A stretch of 64,000 nucleotides of DNA from Actinomycetota bacterium (GCA_019347695.1 JAHWKT010000002.1:1824-65823); one strand, 5' to 3'; counted from the stretch's first letter, positions 1-9,879 are shown. The notes: generated from the sequence alone by a model not told the origin. Program-made: numbers and translations.

Positions 1-52
1 CGCGCATCCGGAGGATCGGGTCACCGAAGATGCGGATGTTCAGAGGTGCCAT
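1..52 (-). CDS. def: peptide deformylase, first 17 codons only (runs off left edge)
   Basis: Minus strand from the ATG at 52 reads MAPLNIRIFGDPILRMR, a typical Def N-terminus (GDPxLR). It starts 6 nt after the priA stop. Confidence 0.7.
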   Translation of the reverse strand, partial: MAPLNIRIFGDPILRMR

Positions 53-58
53 GACGGA

Positions 59-1975
59 TCAGCTGCTCCTGTCCAGGGCCGGAACCGGGTCGACGTCGAC
101 GACGATCCTGCAGTCGTCGCTCGACCAGCGACGGCGCAGCGGATCGAGCGACGACAGCGTGCCACGTGGATCGGTGCTCTTCACGACCAGCCGACCGCCC
201 AGGTCGGGGCCGCTGACCTGATCGCCGTCCGGCAGTGCCTTGGCGACGTCGCCGGCCACCTGCTCAGCGATCGTGGCCGGCGCCTCGAGGTGCACGAGCA
301 CGCGCGCCGGGGGGTAGCCGAGCGCGCCGCGGCGCGTCACCTCGCCTCTCCAGAAGCCCTCGGCGTCCCACCGGACCAATGCCTGCAGCGCTGGATCGGT
401 CGGCTGCCGTGTCTGGATGATCAGCCGCCGCGCCCACACGACGCTGAGACACAGGCGCAGCAGATCCTCGGCGGCGTCGAACCGCGGACGTGCCAGCAGC
501 CCATCGGCGTCGGGCAGCACCAGCACCTGCGCGCGATCGTCACCCAGCCAGTGGGGATGGCGCACCACGCTGCCGCGGGTCATCACGGCGATCGCCGGAC
601 GGCGCTGCGGCCCCGGCGCGTCGAAGCCCTCCATCGCGACGACCTCGGCGGCGGGATAGGCGCGATCCAGCTCGGTCGCCCACCGCGTGGTGCCCGCCGC
701 CAACGGTGCGAACTGCTCGCCAGCGCAGGCACGACACGCTGTCGTGGCGCCCTCCCATCCACAGGTCGCACAGCGCCGGCGGCGGGCGCCTGCCGGTGCC
801 AGCGAGCTGTCGCAGACCGGGCAGCTCGCCCGCAGCCCGCAGCGCCGACACGCCAGCACCGTGCCGTCGCCGCGACGGGCGACGAGCACGACCGCGGCAC
901 CACCCGCGCCGATGGCCGCGCGGACCGCGTCATCGGCTGGGCCGGACAAACGGCTGCGCACCGTCTGGTGCTGCTGGGGATCCACGATGTCGACGCGCGG
1001 GGCGCGGGCGCGGACCTGTGCTCGCGGTGCGTCGATCGGCGTGACGTCGCCGCGTTCGATGAGGCGCCACACGGCGGCGCTGGGCAGCGCGCCGGTCAGG
1101 ACCGTGGTGGCCGCCGCCAGCCGTCCGCGCGCCAGCGCGACGTCGCGGGCGTGGTGGCGCGGGCTGCGCCGCTCCTTGTAGGCGGGATTGGCCTCGTCGA
1201 CGACGACGATCAGGCCGAGGTCGGCCACGGGCCCGAACGCGCCTGCCCGCTCCCCCACCGTCACCCGTGCATGGCCGGTCCGCCCGCGCAGGAACGCGCG
1301 GTACCGCGTGCGGTCCGTCCGGGCGCCGCGAAGATCGGCGCCGGCGGCGCCCGCCAGGGCCAGGCACGCGTCGGGCACGGGCGACTGGGGGTTGGGAACC
1401 AGCACCAGCGCGCCGCGTCCGGCGGCGAGGCACCGTGCGACGAGGTCACCGATCAACGTGGTGAGGTCGTCACCCGGCAGCGGTCGCAGCCAGAAGGCGG
1501 GGGCGGGCTCGTCTGGCGGGGTGGTCGCCGACGCCGCCTGCAGCAGCGGTGCGCCGTGGTACGCGCGCCACGCCTGACTCGGGCACGGGGGCGACGCGGC
1601 GGGGGTGACCGTCGGCGGTGCGCCCCAGCCGTCGACCGTCGCGTCGACCGCGGCGACGCGCCGCGGAAACGCGTGCCGCAGCACGCTGGCCAGCGTGCCG
1701 CCCCAGCGGCCGGCCACCCACCGGTACAGCCGCAGATCATCGGTATCGAACCGCGGGCGCGAACCGCGGACGTCGAGCAGGGTCTTGATCCGCGCGACGT
1801 CGGTGTGCGGCTCGTCGGTGACGTCCACGACCCAGCCGTTGCGCCGCCGCCCTGAGAAGCTGACCCGCACCTCGTGGCCGACACCCACCGCTGCGCCCTC
1901 GGGGATCGCATAGTCGAACGGCCGGTCCAGATGGTACGGCTCAACATCCACCGCCACCCGCACGAACTCACCCAT
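59..1975 (-). CDS. priA: primosomal protein N' (PriA) homolog with degenerate helicase motifs
   Basis: Collinear with PriA: N-terminal 3'-DNA-binding region (FDYAIPEG..VRVSFSGRRRNGWVV) and Cys-rich Zn region (CRRCG..CPVCD..CATCG..CRAC). Start taken at MGEFVRV, M20 of the ORF 59..2032. Confidence 0.85.
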   Translation of the reverse strand: MGEFVRVAVDVEPYHLDRPFDYAIPEGAAVGVGHEVRVSFSGRRRNGWVVDVTDEPHTDVARIKTLLDVRGSRPRFDTDDLRLYRWVAGRWGGTLASVLRHAFPRRVAAVDATVDGWGAPPTVTPAASPPCPSQAWRAYHGAPLLQAASATTPPDEPAPAFWLRPLPGDDLTTLIGDLVARCLAAGRGALVLVPNPQSPVPDACLALAGAAGADLRGARTDRTRYRAFLRGRTGHARVTVGERAGAFGPVADLGLIVVVDEANPAYKERRSPRHHARDVALARGRLAAATTVLTGALPSAAVWRLIERGDVTPIDAPRAQVRARAPRVDIVDPQQHQTVRSRLSGPADDAVRAAIGAGGAAVVLVARRGDGTVLACRRCGLRASCPVCDSSLAPAGARRRRCATCGWEGATTACRACAGEQFAPLAAGTTRWATELDRAYPAAEVVAMEGFDAPGPQRRPAIAVMTRGSVVRHPHWLGDDRAQVLVLPDADGLLARPRFDAAEDLLRLCLSVVWARRLIIQTRQPTDPALQALVRWDAEGFWRGEVTRRGALGYPPARVLVHLEAPATIAEQVAGDVAKALPDGDQVSGPDLGGRLVVKSTDPRGTLSSLDPLRRRWSSDDCRIVVDVDPVPALDRSS

Positions 1976-2107
1976 ACCGCGTCCCGACTGCCGCGCGTGA
2001 GGACGGTAGCGGAACGCAGAGGGGAGGTTCACCCATGCGAAGGACCTTGGAGGGTGGGTGGGTTCGCGGTCCGGAGCATGGGTGAACCTCCCCGACCAAC
2101 GACCGCG

Positions 2108-3313
2108 TCAGACACGGCAAGCGCGCAGCAGGTCGGCGACGCGGTCGGTCTCCTCCCACGTGAACCCGTCGCGACCGAAGTGCCCGTAGGCGGCGGTCTC
2201 GCGGAACACCGGCCGGCGCAGCCGCAGGTCGGCGATGATCGCAGCGGGACGCAGATCGAACACCTCGTCGACCGCCGCCAGGATCTGCTGGGGATCGTGC
2301 TGTTCGGTGCCGAACGTGTCCAGCGCCAGGCTGACCGGCCGCGCCTTGCCGATCGCATACGCCACCTGCAGCTCGGCACGGTCGGCCAGCCCCGCCGCCA
2401 CGATGTGCTTGGCGACCCACCGCGCCGCGTACGCCGCGGACCGGTCGACCTTGGTGGGGTCCTTGCCGCTGAACGCGCCGCCACCGTGGCGGGCCATGCC
2501 TCCGTACGTGTCGACGATGACCTTGCGGCCGGTCAGCCCGGCGTCGGCCTGGGGCCCGCCGACCTCGAACCGTCCGCTGGGGTTGACGAGTACGTCCTCG
2601 TCGTCCCAGGCGATGCCGGCGGGGATCAGCGGGGCGATGACGTGCTCCACCAGGTCCGGCGTGAGCAGGGTATCGATGTCGATGTCAGGACGGTGTTGCG
2701 TCGAGATGAGGACGCGATCGACCCGCACCGGCTTGTCGCCGTCGTACGCGACCGTCACCTGCGTCTTGCCGTCCGGCAGCAGGTAGGGCACGACCCCCTG
2801 GTGACGCACCTCCGCGAGCCGCTCGGCGATCCGGTGCGCGAGCTGGATCGGCAGCGGCATCAGCGCGGTGGTCTCGCGGCAGGCGTAGCCGAACATCATG
2901 CCCTGGTCGCCTGCGCCGAGCCTGTCGAGCTGGGCATCGGCGTCGCCGGCACCGGCGCGCAGCTCATAGGACCGGTCCACCCCGCCGGCGATGTCCGGCG
3001 ACTGCTCGTCGATCGAGACGAGCACGCCGCAGGTGGTGCCGTCGAACCCGGCGCCGGCGTGGTCGTAGCCGATGCCGGCGATCGTGCGGCGGGCCACCTG
3101 GGCGATGTCAACATACGTCGACGTGCGGATCTCACCACCCACCAGCACCAATCCGGTGGTGACGAACGTCTCGCACGCCACGCGCGCAGCGGCGGGTTCG
3201 GGGTCGTTGGCGAGCACCTCGTCGAGGACCGCGTCGGACACCTGGTCCGCGACCTTGTCGGGGTGGCCCTCGGTCACGGACTCGGATGTGAACAGTCGTT
3301 GCCCACCGATCAC
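2108..3313 (-). CDS. metK: S-adenosylmethionine synthetase
   Basis: [24 protein letters not shown] and [19 protein letters not shown] motifs. GTG start at 3313 lies 8 nt after AGGAAGG. The ORF track start at 3388 overlaps coaBC. Confidence 0.95.
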   Translation of the reverse strand: MIGGQRLFTSESVTEGHPDKVADQVSDAVLDEVLANDPEPAAARVACETFVTTGLVLVGGEIRTSTYVDIAQVARRTIAGIGYDHAGAGFDGTTCGVLVSIDEQSPDIAGGVDRSYELRAGAGDADAQLDRLGAGDQGMMFGYACRETTALMPLPIQLAHRIAERLAEVRHQGVVPYLLPDGKTQVTVAYDGDKPVRVDRVLISTQHRPDIDIDTLLTPDLVEHVIAPLIPAGIAWDDEDVLVNPSGRFEVGGPQADAGLTGRKVIVDTYGGMARHGGGAFSGKDPTKVDRSAAYAARWVAKHIVAAGLADRAELQVAYAIGKARPVSLALDTFGTEQHDPQQILAAVDEVFDLRPAAIIADLRLRRPVFRETAAYGHFGRDGFTWEETDRVADLLRACRV

Positions 3314-3351
3314 GCCGGCGCCTTCCTGTCGTCGCCCGACCGCAGCGCGGG

Positions 3352-4569
3352 TCAGCGCTGGGCCAGCAGCTCCTCGACCTCGTCGCACACCACCGCGGCC
3401 AGCTGGTCCTTCGTGGTCAGCGGCACCTCGCGGCGCCCGCCCTCGGCCCGCAGCAGGACCGCGCGGTTGGTGTCGACGTTGAAACCGGCGTCGGCCATGT
3501 CCACGCGGTTGACGACGATGAGGTCGAGACCCTTGCGGTGCAGCTTGTCTCGCGCGTGGTCCTCCGCCAGATCGGTCTCGGCCGCGAACCCCACCAGCAG
3601 CCGGCCGTCCTTGTTCTCGCCGAGCTCGGCGAGGATGTCACGATTGCGGACGAGCTCGATCCGCGTCAACTCGTCGCTGTCCTTCTTGATCTTCTGGCCG
3701 CTGTAGCGTGCGGGCCGGAAGTCGGCGACGGCGGCCGCCTTGATGACGACCTCTGCGTCGGCGACCAGGTCCATGATGGTGGTGCGCATCTGCTCCGCGG
3801 TCTCGACCCGGTGCAGCCGGACGCCGACGGGGTCGTCGAGGTGGGTTGGCGCCGTCACCAGATCGACGTCAGCGCCCCGACGCGCCGCCTGCCGCGCCAG
3901 CGCATACCCCATCTTCCCACTCGAGCGGTTGCCGATGTAGCGCACCGGGTCGATGGGCTCGCGGGTACCGCCGGCCGACACGATCACCCGACGCCCGGTC
4001 AGCGGCGAAGTGGACGGCGCGATCGCCGCGGCCACGGCAGCGACGATCGCGTCCTCGTCGGCCAGCCGCCCCTCGCCGGTGTCGCCGGCGGCGAGCGGGC
4101 CGTCGTCGGGACCGACGATGTGTGCACCGCGGTGGCGCAGGGTCGCGATGTTGGCCTGCGTCACATCGTGGCGCCACATCTCGGTATGCATGGCCGGTGC
4201 GATCACCACCGGGCAGTCGAGCATCAACGCGGTGCTCGTCACCAGGTCGTCGGCGATCCCGACGGCGAGCTTGGCGATCAGGTTCGCGGTCGCCGGAGCG
4301 AACACCGCGACATCGGCTTGCCGGGCCAGGTGGATGTGCGGGACGTGGTCGCTGTCGCTGAACACGTCGGTCGGCACCGTGCGCCCCGTCAGCCCCTCGA
4401 AGGTCGCCGGGCCGATGAACGTGGCCGCCGCCGGCGTCAGCAGCGCCTGCACCGTCGCGCCACCACGCAGCAGCGCTCGGGCGAGGCTCGCCGCCTTGTA
4501 GGCGGCGATGCCGCCCGACACCACGAGCAGCACATGGCGCCCCGTGACCACGTCGGGGGCAGCGGTCAT
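3352..4569 (-). CDS. coaBC: bifunctional phosphopantothenoylcysteine decarboxylase / phosphopantothenate-cysteine ligase
   Basis: N-terminal flavoprotein domain ([21 protein letters not shown]) and C-terminal CoaB domain ([25 protein letters not shown]). Confidence 0.93.
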   Translation of the reverse strand: MTAAPDVVTGRHVLLVVSGGIAAYKAASLARALLRGGATVQALLTPAAATFIGPATFEGLTGRTVPTDVFSDSDHVPHIHLARQADVAVFAPATANLIAKLAVGIADDLVTSTALMLDCPVVIAPAMHTEMWRHDVTQANIATLRHRGAHIVGPDDGPLAAGDTGEGRLADEDAIVAAVAAAIAPSTSPLTGRRVIVSAGGTREPIDPVRYIGNRSSGKMGYALARQAARRGADVDLVTAPTHLDDPVGVRLHRVETAEQMRTTIMDLVADAEVVIKAAAVADFRPARYSGQKIKKDSDELTRIELVRNRDILAELGENKDGRLLVGFAAETDLAEDHARDKLHRKGLDLIVVNRVDMADAGFNVDTNRAVLLRAEGGRREVPLTTKDQLAAVVCDEVEELLAQR

Positions 4570-4580
4570 GGGACGGCGGG

Positions 4581-4937
4581 CTAGTCGGTCGTGGGGTCTG
4601 CGGGCGTCACACCGAGGTCGCCGTCAACGGTGCCGAGGTCGTCGATGCCAGCGTCGCCCAACGTGTAGATCTCCGCGTCGCCGCCGAGGAACTCCTCCGC
4701 GGCACGACGGACATCGCCCGCGTACTGGGGCACGATCTTGGTCGCCGCGATCTCCTCGAGCGCGATCGACAGCGGCTTGTTGGAGTCGACCTGCTCCACG
4801 AGCGGCGGCGTGTACTGGCCGAGGCCCTCGCCCAGCGAGTGGTAGTAGTCGTTGATCTCGCGCGCCCGCTGGGCCGCCAGGTGCACCAGCGTGTACTTGC
4901 TGTCGACCTTCGACAGCAGCTCGTCAATAGTAGCGAT
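4581..4937 (-). CDS. rpoZ: DNA-directed RNA polymerase subunit omega
   Basis: [29 protein letters not shown] matches the conserved RpoZ core. The conserved IDELL lies upstream of the first ATG/GTG/TTG (4886). Start placed at ATC 4937, 7 nt after AAGGAG (4945-4950). See finding. Confidence 0.85.
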   Translation of the reverse strand: MATIDELLSKVDSKYTLVHLAAQRAREINDYYHSLGEGLGQYTPPLVEQVDSNKPLSIALEEIAATKIVPQYAGDVRRAAEEFLGGDAEIYTLGDAGIDDLGTVDGDLGVTPADPTTD

Positions 4938-4994
4938 GACGGCACTCCTTGGGATGTTCGGGCAAATGTGGGTGATGTGTACGATCGCGCGGTG

Positions 4995-5552
4995 CTAGTC
5001 GCCGGCGGCGTCGACCAGTATACGGACGATCTGCGCCGCGGCCGCATCCAGGTCGTCGTTGGTCACGTGATGGTCAAACGCGTCGGCCTGTGCCAGCTCC
5101 CACTCGGCGAGCGCCATTCGTTCCGCGACGCGCCGGTCGTCGTCGGTGCCGCGCTGGCGCAGCCGCGACGTCAACGCGTCAAGGCTCGGCGGGTGCAGGA
5201 AGATCAGCGTCGCCTCCGGGAACTCCTTGCGGACCGCGAGCGCACCGTGGATCTCGAGCTCCAGCAGCACGCAGCGGTCGTCGGCGAGCGGACCGCGGAC
5301 GCTGTCCCACAGCGTGCCGTACCGGTTGCCGCCGAACCTGGCCCACTCGAGCAACGCGCCGTCGGCGATCAACCGGTCGAACTCGTCGTCGGACACGAAG
5401 TGGTACTCCATACCGTCGCGTTCGCCCTCGCGGGGCGCGCGCGTGGTGGCCGACACCGCCACCGTCCACCCGGCGAGCCGGTCGCGCAGTCGCGCGATCA
5501 TCGTCCCCTTGCCGACCCCACCCGGGCCGCTGAGCACGGCGATCGCGCCCAT
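4995..5552 (-). CDS. gmk: guanylate kinase
   Basis: P-loop LSGPGGVGKGT, TTRAPREGE, and position between mihF and rpoZ as in other actinobacteria. Start at MGAIAVLSGP. Confidence 0.92.
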   Translation of the reverse strand: MGAIAVLSGPGGVGKGTMIARLRDRLAGWTVAVSATTRAPREGERDGMEYHFVSDDEFDRLIADGALLEWARFGGNRYGTLWDSVRGPLADDRCVLLELEIHGALAVRKEFPEATLIFLHPPSLDALTSRLRQRGTDDDRRVAERMALAEWELAQADAFDHHVTNDDLDAAAAQIVRILVDAAGD

Positions 5553-5598
5553 CACACGAGCGCCGCGACGGCGCGCGGGTGCACGGATGGCCGCAACG

Positions 5599-5916
5599 TC
5601 ACCGCTGCGGGAACTCGGCGAGCAGCCGCTCTCGTTGGTTGACACCGAGGCCCCGCAGTCGTCGGGACGACGAGATGTCCAGACGCTCCATCAGCCGTCG
5701 CGCGCGGACGCGGCCGACCTTGGGCATGGCCTCCAGCACCTCGGACACCCGCGTCTTGGCGATGACGTCGTCGTCGTCGGCACGCGCCAGCACCTGGTGC
5801 AGGTCGATCTCGCCCGCCTTGAGGCGCTGCTTCATCTCGGCCCGCAGCTTTCGCGCCTCGGCGGCCTTGTTGAGTGCCTCGTGACGTGCGTCGTCGTTGA
5901 GCTCGGGTAACGGCAT
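5599..5916 (-). CDS. mihF: integration host factor, actinobacterial type (mIHF)
   Basis: LPELNDDARHEALNKAAEARKLRAEMK...VLEAMPKVGRVRARRLMERL...GLGVNQRERLL is the mIHF signature. Start at MPLPEL. Confidence 0.9.
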   Translation of the reverse strand: MPLPELNDDARHEALNKAAEARKLRAEMKQRLKAGEIDLHQVLARADDDDVIAKTRVSEVLEAMPKVGRVRARRLMERLDISSSRRLRGLGVNQRERLLAEFPQR

Positions 5917-6162
5917 GGGTCCTCCTCGAACGACCTCGCCAGGCTGTCCGCGCATCCTATCCAGCGCGCAAGGCGGGTCAACGTCCGTGATCGACGTTTC
6001 GTCGCCGGGTAGCTGACCGGATGGCCCCTACCGCAGGCAGACTCATCCCGAACGGGCTGAGCCTGTCCGATCAGACGTTGGCCGCTGCGAGAGCAGTACG
6101 CCCTGCCAGGTGCCAGCAAGCGGATGCGGCGTTGGCAGTGCGGGCACACCGGCCCGCCGAGC

Positions 6163-6582
6163 TCACGTCGGTGGATCGGGAACGAGATCCAGCTGGACGT
6201 CGCCGGCGATCGCGGGGAAGTGACGGCGGTCCGTCGTCGCAAGCCGTTCCAATCCGAGCTGCTCGGACAGCGCAGCCACGGCGGCATCGACGAAGCCAAG
6301 CATCAGATCCGCGTACCGTCGGTTGAGCTCCAGAATCCGCGCGTAGCGTTCAGCTTCGAGATCGACCGTCAGGTACACGCCGGCGGTCAAGTCCTCGTAC
6401 ATGGCGAGCTGCGCGGCGTGACCGATACGGACACCAAGGAGGTGGTCGACCTCCGGGATCACGACCGCCGGCACGACGAGCGGTCCGGACTCACCGTCGA
6501 GCAGCACGCGAACGGTCTCGTGCCAACGATCGTCCGCGTCGTAGTAGGCGTAGACGACACCGCTGTCGAGCAGCAACGCCAC
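6163..6582 (-). CDS. vapC: PIN-domain ribonuclease toxin VapC
   Basis: VALLLDSGVVYAYYDADD...PEVDHLL...GFVDAAVAALSEQLGLERLATTDRRHF shows the PIN acidic residues. GTG start is 1 nt after the vapB stop. Confidence 0.85.
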   Translation of the reverse strand: MALLLDSGVVYAYYDADDRWHETVRVLLDGESGPLVVPAVVIPEVDHLLGVRIGHAAQLAMYEDLTAGVYLTVDLEAERYARILELNRRYADLMLGFVDAAVAALSEQLGLERLATTDRRHFPAIAGDVQLDLVPDPPT

Positions 6583-6583
6583 C

Positions 6584-6823
6584 CTACGACGAGGTTCCGA
6601 AGCCGGTTTCGGCGAGCACGTCATCGACACGCGACGCGGTGTCCGACGTCCCACTCGAGAAGCTGCCGGCGTGTGGTGACCGCGAGTGACTGTTCCGCTC
6701 GGCGTTGAAGCGCTCGCGCAGGATCTCGCGGATGATCTCCGCGACGGGCCGGTTGCGACGTCGTGACTCTGCCCGCAGCTGCATGTCGAGTTCGGCATCG
6801 AGATAGATGGTGGTGCGACGCAT
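6584..6823 (-). CDS. vapB: ribbon-helix-helix (CopG/VapB-type) antitoxin
   Basis: MRRTTIYLDAELDMQLRAESRRRNRPVAEIIREILRERF is a typical RHH N-terminus. Lies directly upstream of vapC. Confidence 0.8.
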   Translation of the reverse strand: MRRTTIYLDAELDMQLRAESRRRNRPVAEIIREILRERFNAERNSHSRSPHAGSFSSGTSDTASRVDDVLAETGFGTSS

Positions 6824-6892
6824 GACATATATGCTAGCTGTCAGCTGCCATCTATACAATCGGGGTCGAGCGGTTCCGGCTCGTGCGCTCTG

Positions 6893-7408
6893 TCACAGCT
6901 CGCTCGCGGTGAACAACGCCGACAGCTTGAGATCGTCGGTCGCCAGCTGCTGCGCGCCGCCCGCCTCGCGGTCGATGACGCACACGACCTGATCGATGAT
7001 CGCGCCGCGGTCGCGCAGCGCCGCGGCGGACTCGCGGACCTGTCCCCCGGTCGTGATGACGTCCTCGACGATCAGCAGCCGTAGGCCATCGATCTCGCCG
7101 CCCTCCGCCAGTCGAGCGGTGCCGTAGGTCTTGGCCTGCTTGCGCACGAACCGGGTCGGCAGGCCGGTGACCTGCGACAGGACGACCGCCAGTGGGACGC
7201 CGCCGAGCTCCAGCCCCGCGAGCACGTCGACGTCGTCGGGCACCGATGGCTTCATCGCCTCGGCGATGTCCCACAGCAACGGCGGGTCGGCCTCGAACAG
7301 GTACTTGTCGAAGTACTCGGTGCTGGTCGCGCCGGACCGCAGCACGAAGTCGCCGGTCAGATGCGACCGGGACCGGATCCGCCGGGCCAGCCGTTCTCGT
7401 GTGGCCAC
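6893..7408 (-). CDS. pyrE: orotate phosphoribosyltransferase
   Basis: PRPP motif LLIVEDVITTGGQ and FVLRSGATSTEYFDKY. GTG start (VATRERLARRI) just after the pyrF stop. The 423-aa ORF in the track is an artefactual 5' extension. Confidence 0.92.
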   Translation of the reverse strand: MATRERLARRIRSRSHLTGDFVLRSGATSTEYFDKYLFEADPPLLWDIAEAMKPSVPDDVDVLAGLELGGVPLAVVLSQVTGLPTRFVRKQAKTYGTARLAEGGEIDGLRLLIVEDVITTGGQVRESAAALRDRGAIIDQVVCVIDREAGGAQQLATDDLKLSALFTASEL

Positions 7409-7413
7409 TGCGC

Positions 7414-8136
7414 CTACGTCTCGTCCGCCGACGGCGTGGCCGCCAGCTGCGTCCGCACCGTGCGCAGCGCCGCGACGGGATCGTCGGCGGCCGTGACCGG
7501 TCGTCCGATCACGAGCAGGTCGGCGCCCGCGTCGACCGCGGCCCGCGGTGTCATGACCCGCGCCTGATCCTGCACCGCTGCTCCCTCCGGCCGAATCCCC
7601 GGAACGACGACCAACGCCGCGTTCCCAACGACGTTGCGCACCGTCGACACCTCGTGTCCAGCGCACACAATACCGGCTGCGCCGGCGGTGACCGCATGCC
7701 TGGCCAAGCGGGGCGCCACGACGTCGGCCCCGTCCATGCCCAACTCGGCGAGCAGCACGTCGTCCACGCTGGTCAGGACCGTGACCGCGAGGATGTCGAC
7801 CGCCGGTGCGGCCGCCACCGCCGCCGCCACCATCGCCGCACCGCCCGCGGCGTGCACCGTCAGCATGCTGGCACCCGCCGCGGCGGCAGCCGCGGCCGCA
7901 CCGGCCACGGTGTTGGGGATGTCGTGCAGCTTCAGGTCGCAGAACACGGGCGCGTGCTCGGCCACGCGGCGGATCGCACGCGGCCCGAACGCCGTGACCG
8001 CCTGCAGGCCGACCTTCAACACATCGGCCTCGCCGGCCAGTGCCGCGGCCAGGTCGACGAGCCGTCCCTCGTCGGCGGTGTCGAGCGCGACCGCGATGCG
8101 CGCCGCGGTGCGCGGTCGTCCGACGGCGGTCGTCAT
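7414..8136 (-). CDS. pyrF: orotidine 5'-phosphate decarboxylase
   Basis: IAVALDT..., VLKVGLQ, FCDLKLHDIPNTV, LVIGRPV motifs. Start at MTTAVGRP abuts the pyrD stop. Confidence 0.92.
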   Translation of the reverse strand: MTTAVGRPRTAARIAVALDTADEGRLVDLAAALAGEADVLKVGLQAVTAFGPRAIRRVAEHAPVFCDLKLHDIPNTVAGAAAAAAAAGASMLTVHAAGGAAMVAAAVAAAPAVDILAVTVLTSVDDVLLAELGMDGADVVAPRLARHAVTAGAAGIVCAGHEVSTVRNVVGNAALVVVPGIRPEGAAVQDQARVMTPRAAVDAGADLLVIGRPVTAADDPVAALRTVRTQLAATPSADET

Positions 8137-9065
8137 GCGGTCCTCTCCGTGTCCGCCGTCCCACGGACCTGTGCGATGGCCCGCTCCTCCTGCCCGCGCA
8201 GCCAACGCGTCAACCCCTCAACCGCCGCCGGGATCGCCATCGGATCAGCGAAGGTCGCCGTGCCGATCGCCACGGCGTCGGCGCCGGCCATGATGAACTC
8301 CAGCACGTCCGTGCAGGTGCACGCACCGCCGAGCCCGATGATCGGGACGTCGCCCAGCGCGTGCCGCACCTGATGGACGGCTCGGATGGCGACCGGTCGG
8401 ATCGCCGGCCCTGACAGGCCACCGGTGCCCGCGGCGAGCTTCGGTCGTCGTGTGGTCACGTCGATCGCCATGCCGAGCAGCGTGTTGATCAGGCTCACGC
8501 CGGTGGCGCCGGCGTCGACGGCCGCGTGGGCGATCTCGGTGATGTCCGCGACGTCCGGGGTCAGCTTGGCGAAGATCGGCAGGTCGCAGACCTGCGCGAC
8601 CGCCGAGATGGCGGCGGCGGTCGCGCCCGTCCTGCACGCGAACACGATGCCGCGGTCCTCCACGTTCGGACACGAGATGTTGACCTCGAGCGCCGCAAGA
8701 CCCGGCACGTCGCGCAGGCGCTTGGCGAGCAGGCCGTACTCGTCGGCGGTCTTGCCGGCGATGCTGGCGATGACGGGCACGTCCTGATCGACCAGCCAGG
8801 GCAGATCCCGTTCGACCCACGTGTCGATCCCGGGGTTCTGCAGGCCGATCGCGTTGAGCATGCCGCTGTCGGTCTCGGCCATGCGTGGTGGCGGCAGACC
8901 CGCACACGGCTCGACCGTGACCGACTTCGTGACGACAGCACCGAGGGTCGACAGGTCGAAGAACCGGGCCATCTCACGCCCGCTGGCGAAGCAGCCGCTC
9001 GCGGTCACCACCGGGTTGCGCAGGCGCAGCGGCCCCAACCGCACCGACAGATCAACTTCACCCAT
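8133..9065 (-). CDS. pyrD: dihydroorotate dehydrogenase, class 1B catalytic subunit
   Basis: NPVVTASGCF, NAIGLQNPGID, EVNISCPNV (Cys catalytic base, class 1), LINTLLGM, GGLSGPAIRPVA. Confidence 0.92.
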   Translation of the reverse strand: MGEVDLSVRLGPLRLRNPVVTASGCFASGREMARFFDLSTLGAVVTKSVTVEPCAGLPPPRMAETDSGMLNAIGLQNPGIDTWVERDLPWLVDQDVPVIASIAGKTADEYGLLAKRLRDVPGLAALEVNISCPNVEDRGIVFACRTGATAAAISAVAQVCDLPIFAKLTPDVADITEIAHAAVDAGATGVSLINTLLGMAIDVTTRRPKLAAGTGGLSGPAIRPVAIRAVHQVRHALGDVPIIGLGGACTCTDVLEFIMAGADAVAIGTATFADPMAIPAAVEGLTRWLRGQEERAIAQVRGTADTERTA

Positions 9066-9879
9066 GGCGGAGCCCGTCCTCTCGAGGTGGATCCACCGAC
9101 TCCCACCGGATGCGCGAGGCGTCCATGACGGGACCGTCGATGCACGACCGGGCGTAGCCGTGCACGGTCGGCACGACGCACGTCATGCAGACGCCGACCG
9201 AGCACCCCATGTGCTCCTCGACGGCGACCTCACAGGTCATGCCGGCGCGGCGGGTGATGCCGGCGACGGCGGCGAGCATCGGCATCGGCCCGCACGCGTA
9301 GACCATCGCGTCGCCGTCGCGCAGCCGGTCACCGAGCGCGTCGGTCACCAGCCCGCGCTGCCCGCTGCTGCCGTCCTCGGTCGTCTCGACGACGGTCCCG
9401 GCGACCGTGTCGTGGCGCGTCACCGGATACAGCGCCTGCGCGGTCGCGGCGCCGCTCAGCAGCTCGACGCGGTGCCCGGCCGCGAGCAGCCGCGCACCGA
9501 GCCACTCGAGTGCTGCCACGCCGTAGCCGCCGCCGACCAGTAGGCACCGGCCGGGGTCGGCAGGCATCGTGAACCCCCGGCCGAGCGGCCCGGTCAGCCG
9601 CAGACGGGTGGACACCGCCTGCGCGACCAACCACGCCGAGCCTGCTCCGACCGTCGCGACGACCAGGTGCAGCACGCCAGCTGCGGTGTCGACCCCGGCG
9701 ATCGCGAACGGCCGCCGCAGCAACGTACCCGGCGCCTGCACCTCGACGGCGACGAACTGCCCCGGCACGGCGGCGGTCGCGACGTCGGGCGCGGCGATGC
9801 TGCAACGGTGGTAGCGGCCGGCCGGTCGGGTGGCGATCAGCGTGCCGGTCGTCGCCGAGACGGCGGCGTCGACCGTCAT
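9058..9879 (-). CDS. pyrK: dihydroorotate dehydrogenase electron-transfer subunit (FAD / 2Fe-2S)
   Basis: RRPFAIAG FAD-binding motif, LLVGGGYG, and C-terminal cluster CSVGVCMTCV...C. Overlaps the pyrD start. Confidence 0.9.
   Translation of the reverse strand: MTVDAAVSATTGTLIATRPAGRYHRCSIAAPDVATAAVPGQFVAVEVQAPGTLLRRPFAIAGVDTAAGVLHLVVATVGAGSAWLVAQAVSTRLRLTGPLGRGFTMPADPGRCLLVGGGYGVAALEWLGARLLAAGHRVELLSGAATAQALYPVTRHDTVAGTVVETTEDGSSGQRGLVTDALGDRLRDGDAMVYACGPMPMLAAVAGITRRAGMTCEVAVEEHMGCSVGVCMTCVVPTVHGYARSCIDGPVMDASRIRWESVDPPREDGLRHG

Noticed and set aside
290-3706. Long plus-strand ORFs (521 aa at 290-1855, 610 aa at 1874-3706) opposite priA and metK
   Set aside because: These are Arg/Ala/Gly/Pro-rich shadow ORFs, typical of the antisense frames of very GC-rich genes. 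They show no recognisable motifs, and the minus-strand genes are unambiguous.
5917-6162. 245-nt spacer upstream of mihF examined for an ncRNA or small zinc-ribbon ORF
   Set aside because: No convincing conserved-looking structure, SD-start pair or terminator could be defined by eye. It is probably the mihF promoter/leader.
6163-6828. 221-aa ORF spanning vapC and the vapB region
   Set aside because: Only the C-terminal 139 aa look like a PIN protein. The upstream part overlaps the RHH antitoxin in another frame, and a GTG start 1 nt after the vapB stop gives the usual TA layout.
6893-8164. 423-aa ORF that would extend pyrE upstream across pyrF
   Set aside because: The upstream 250 aa are Arg/Gly repeats out of frame with the clearly recognisable PyrF. 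A GTG start right after the pyrF stop gives a normal-length PyrE.
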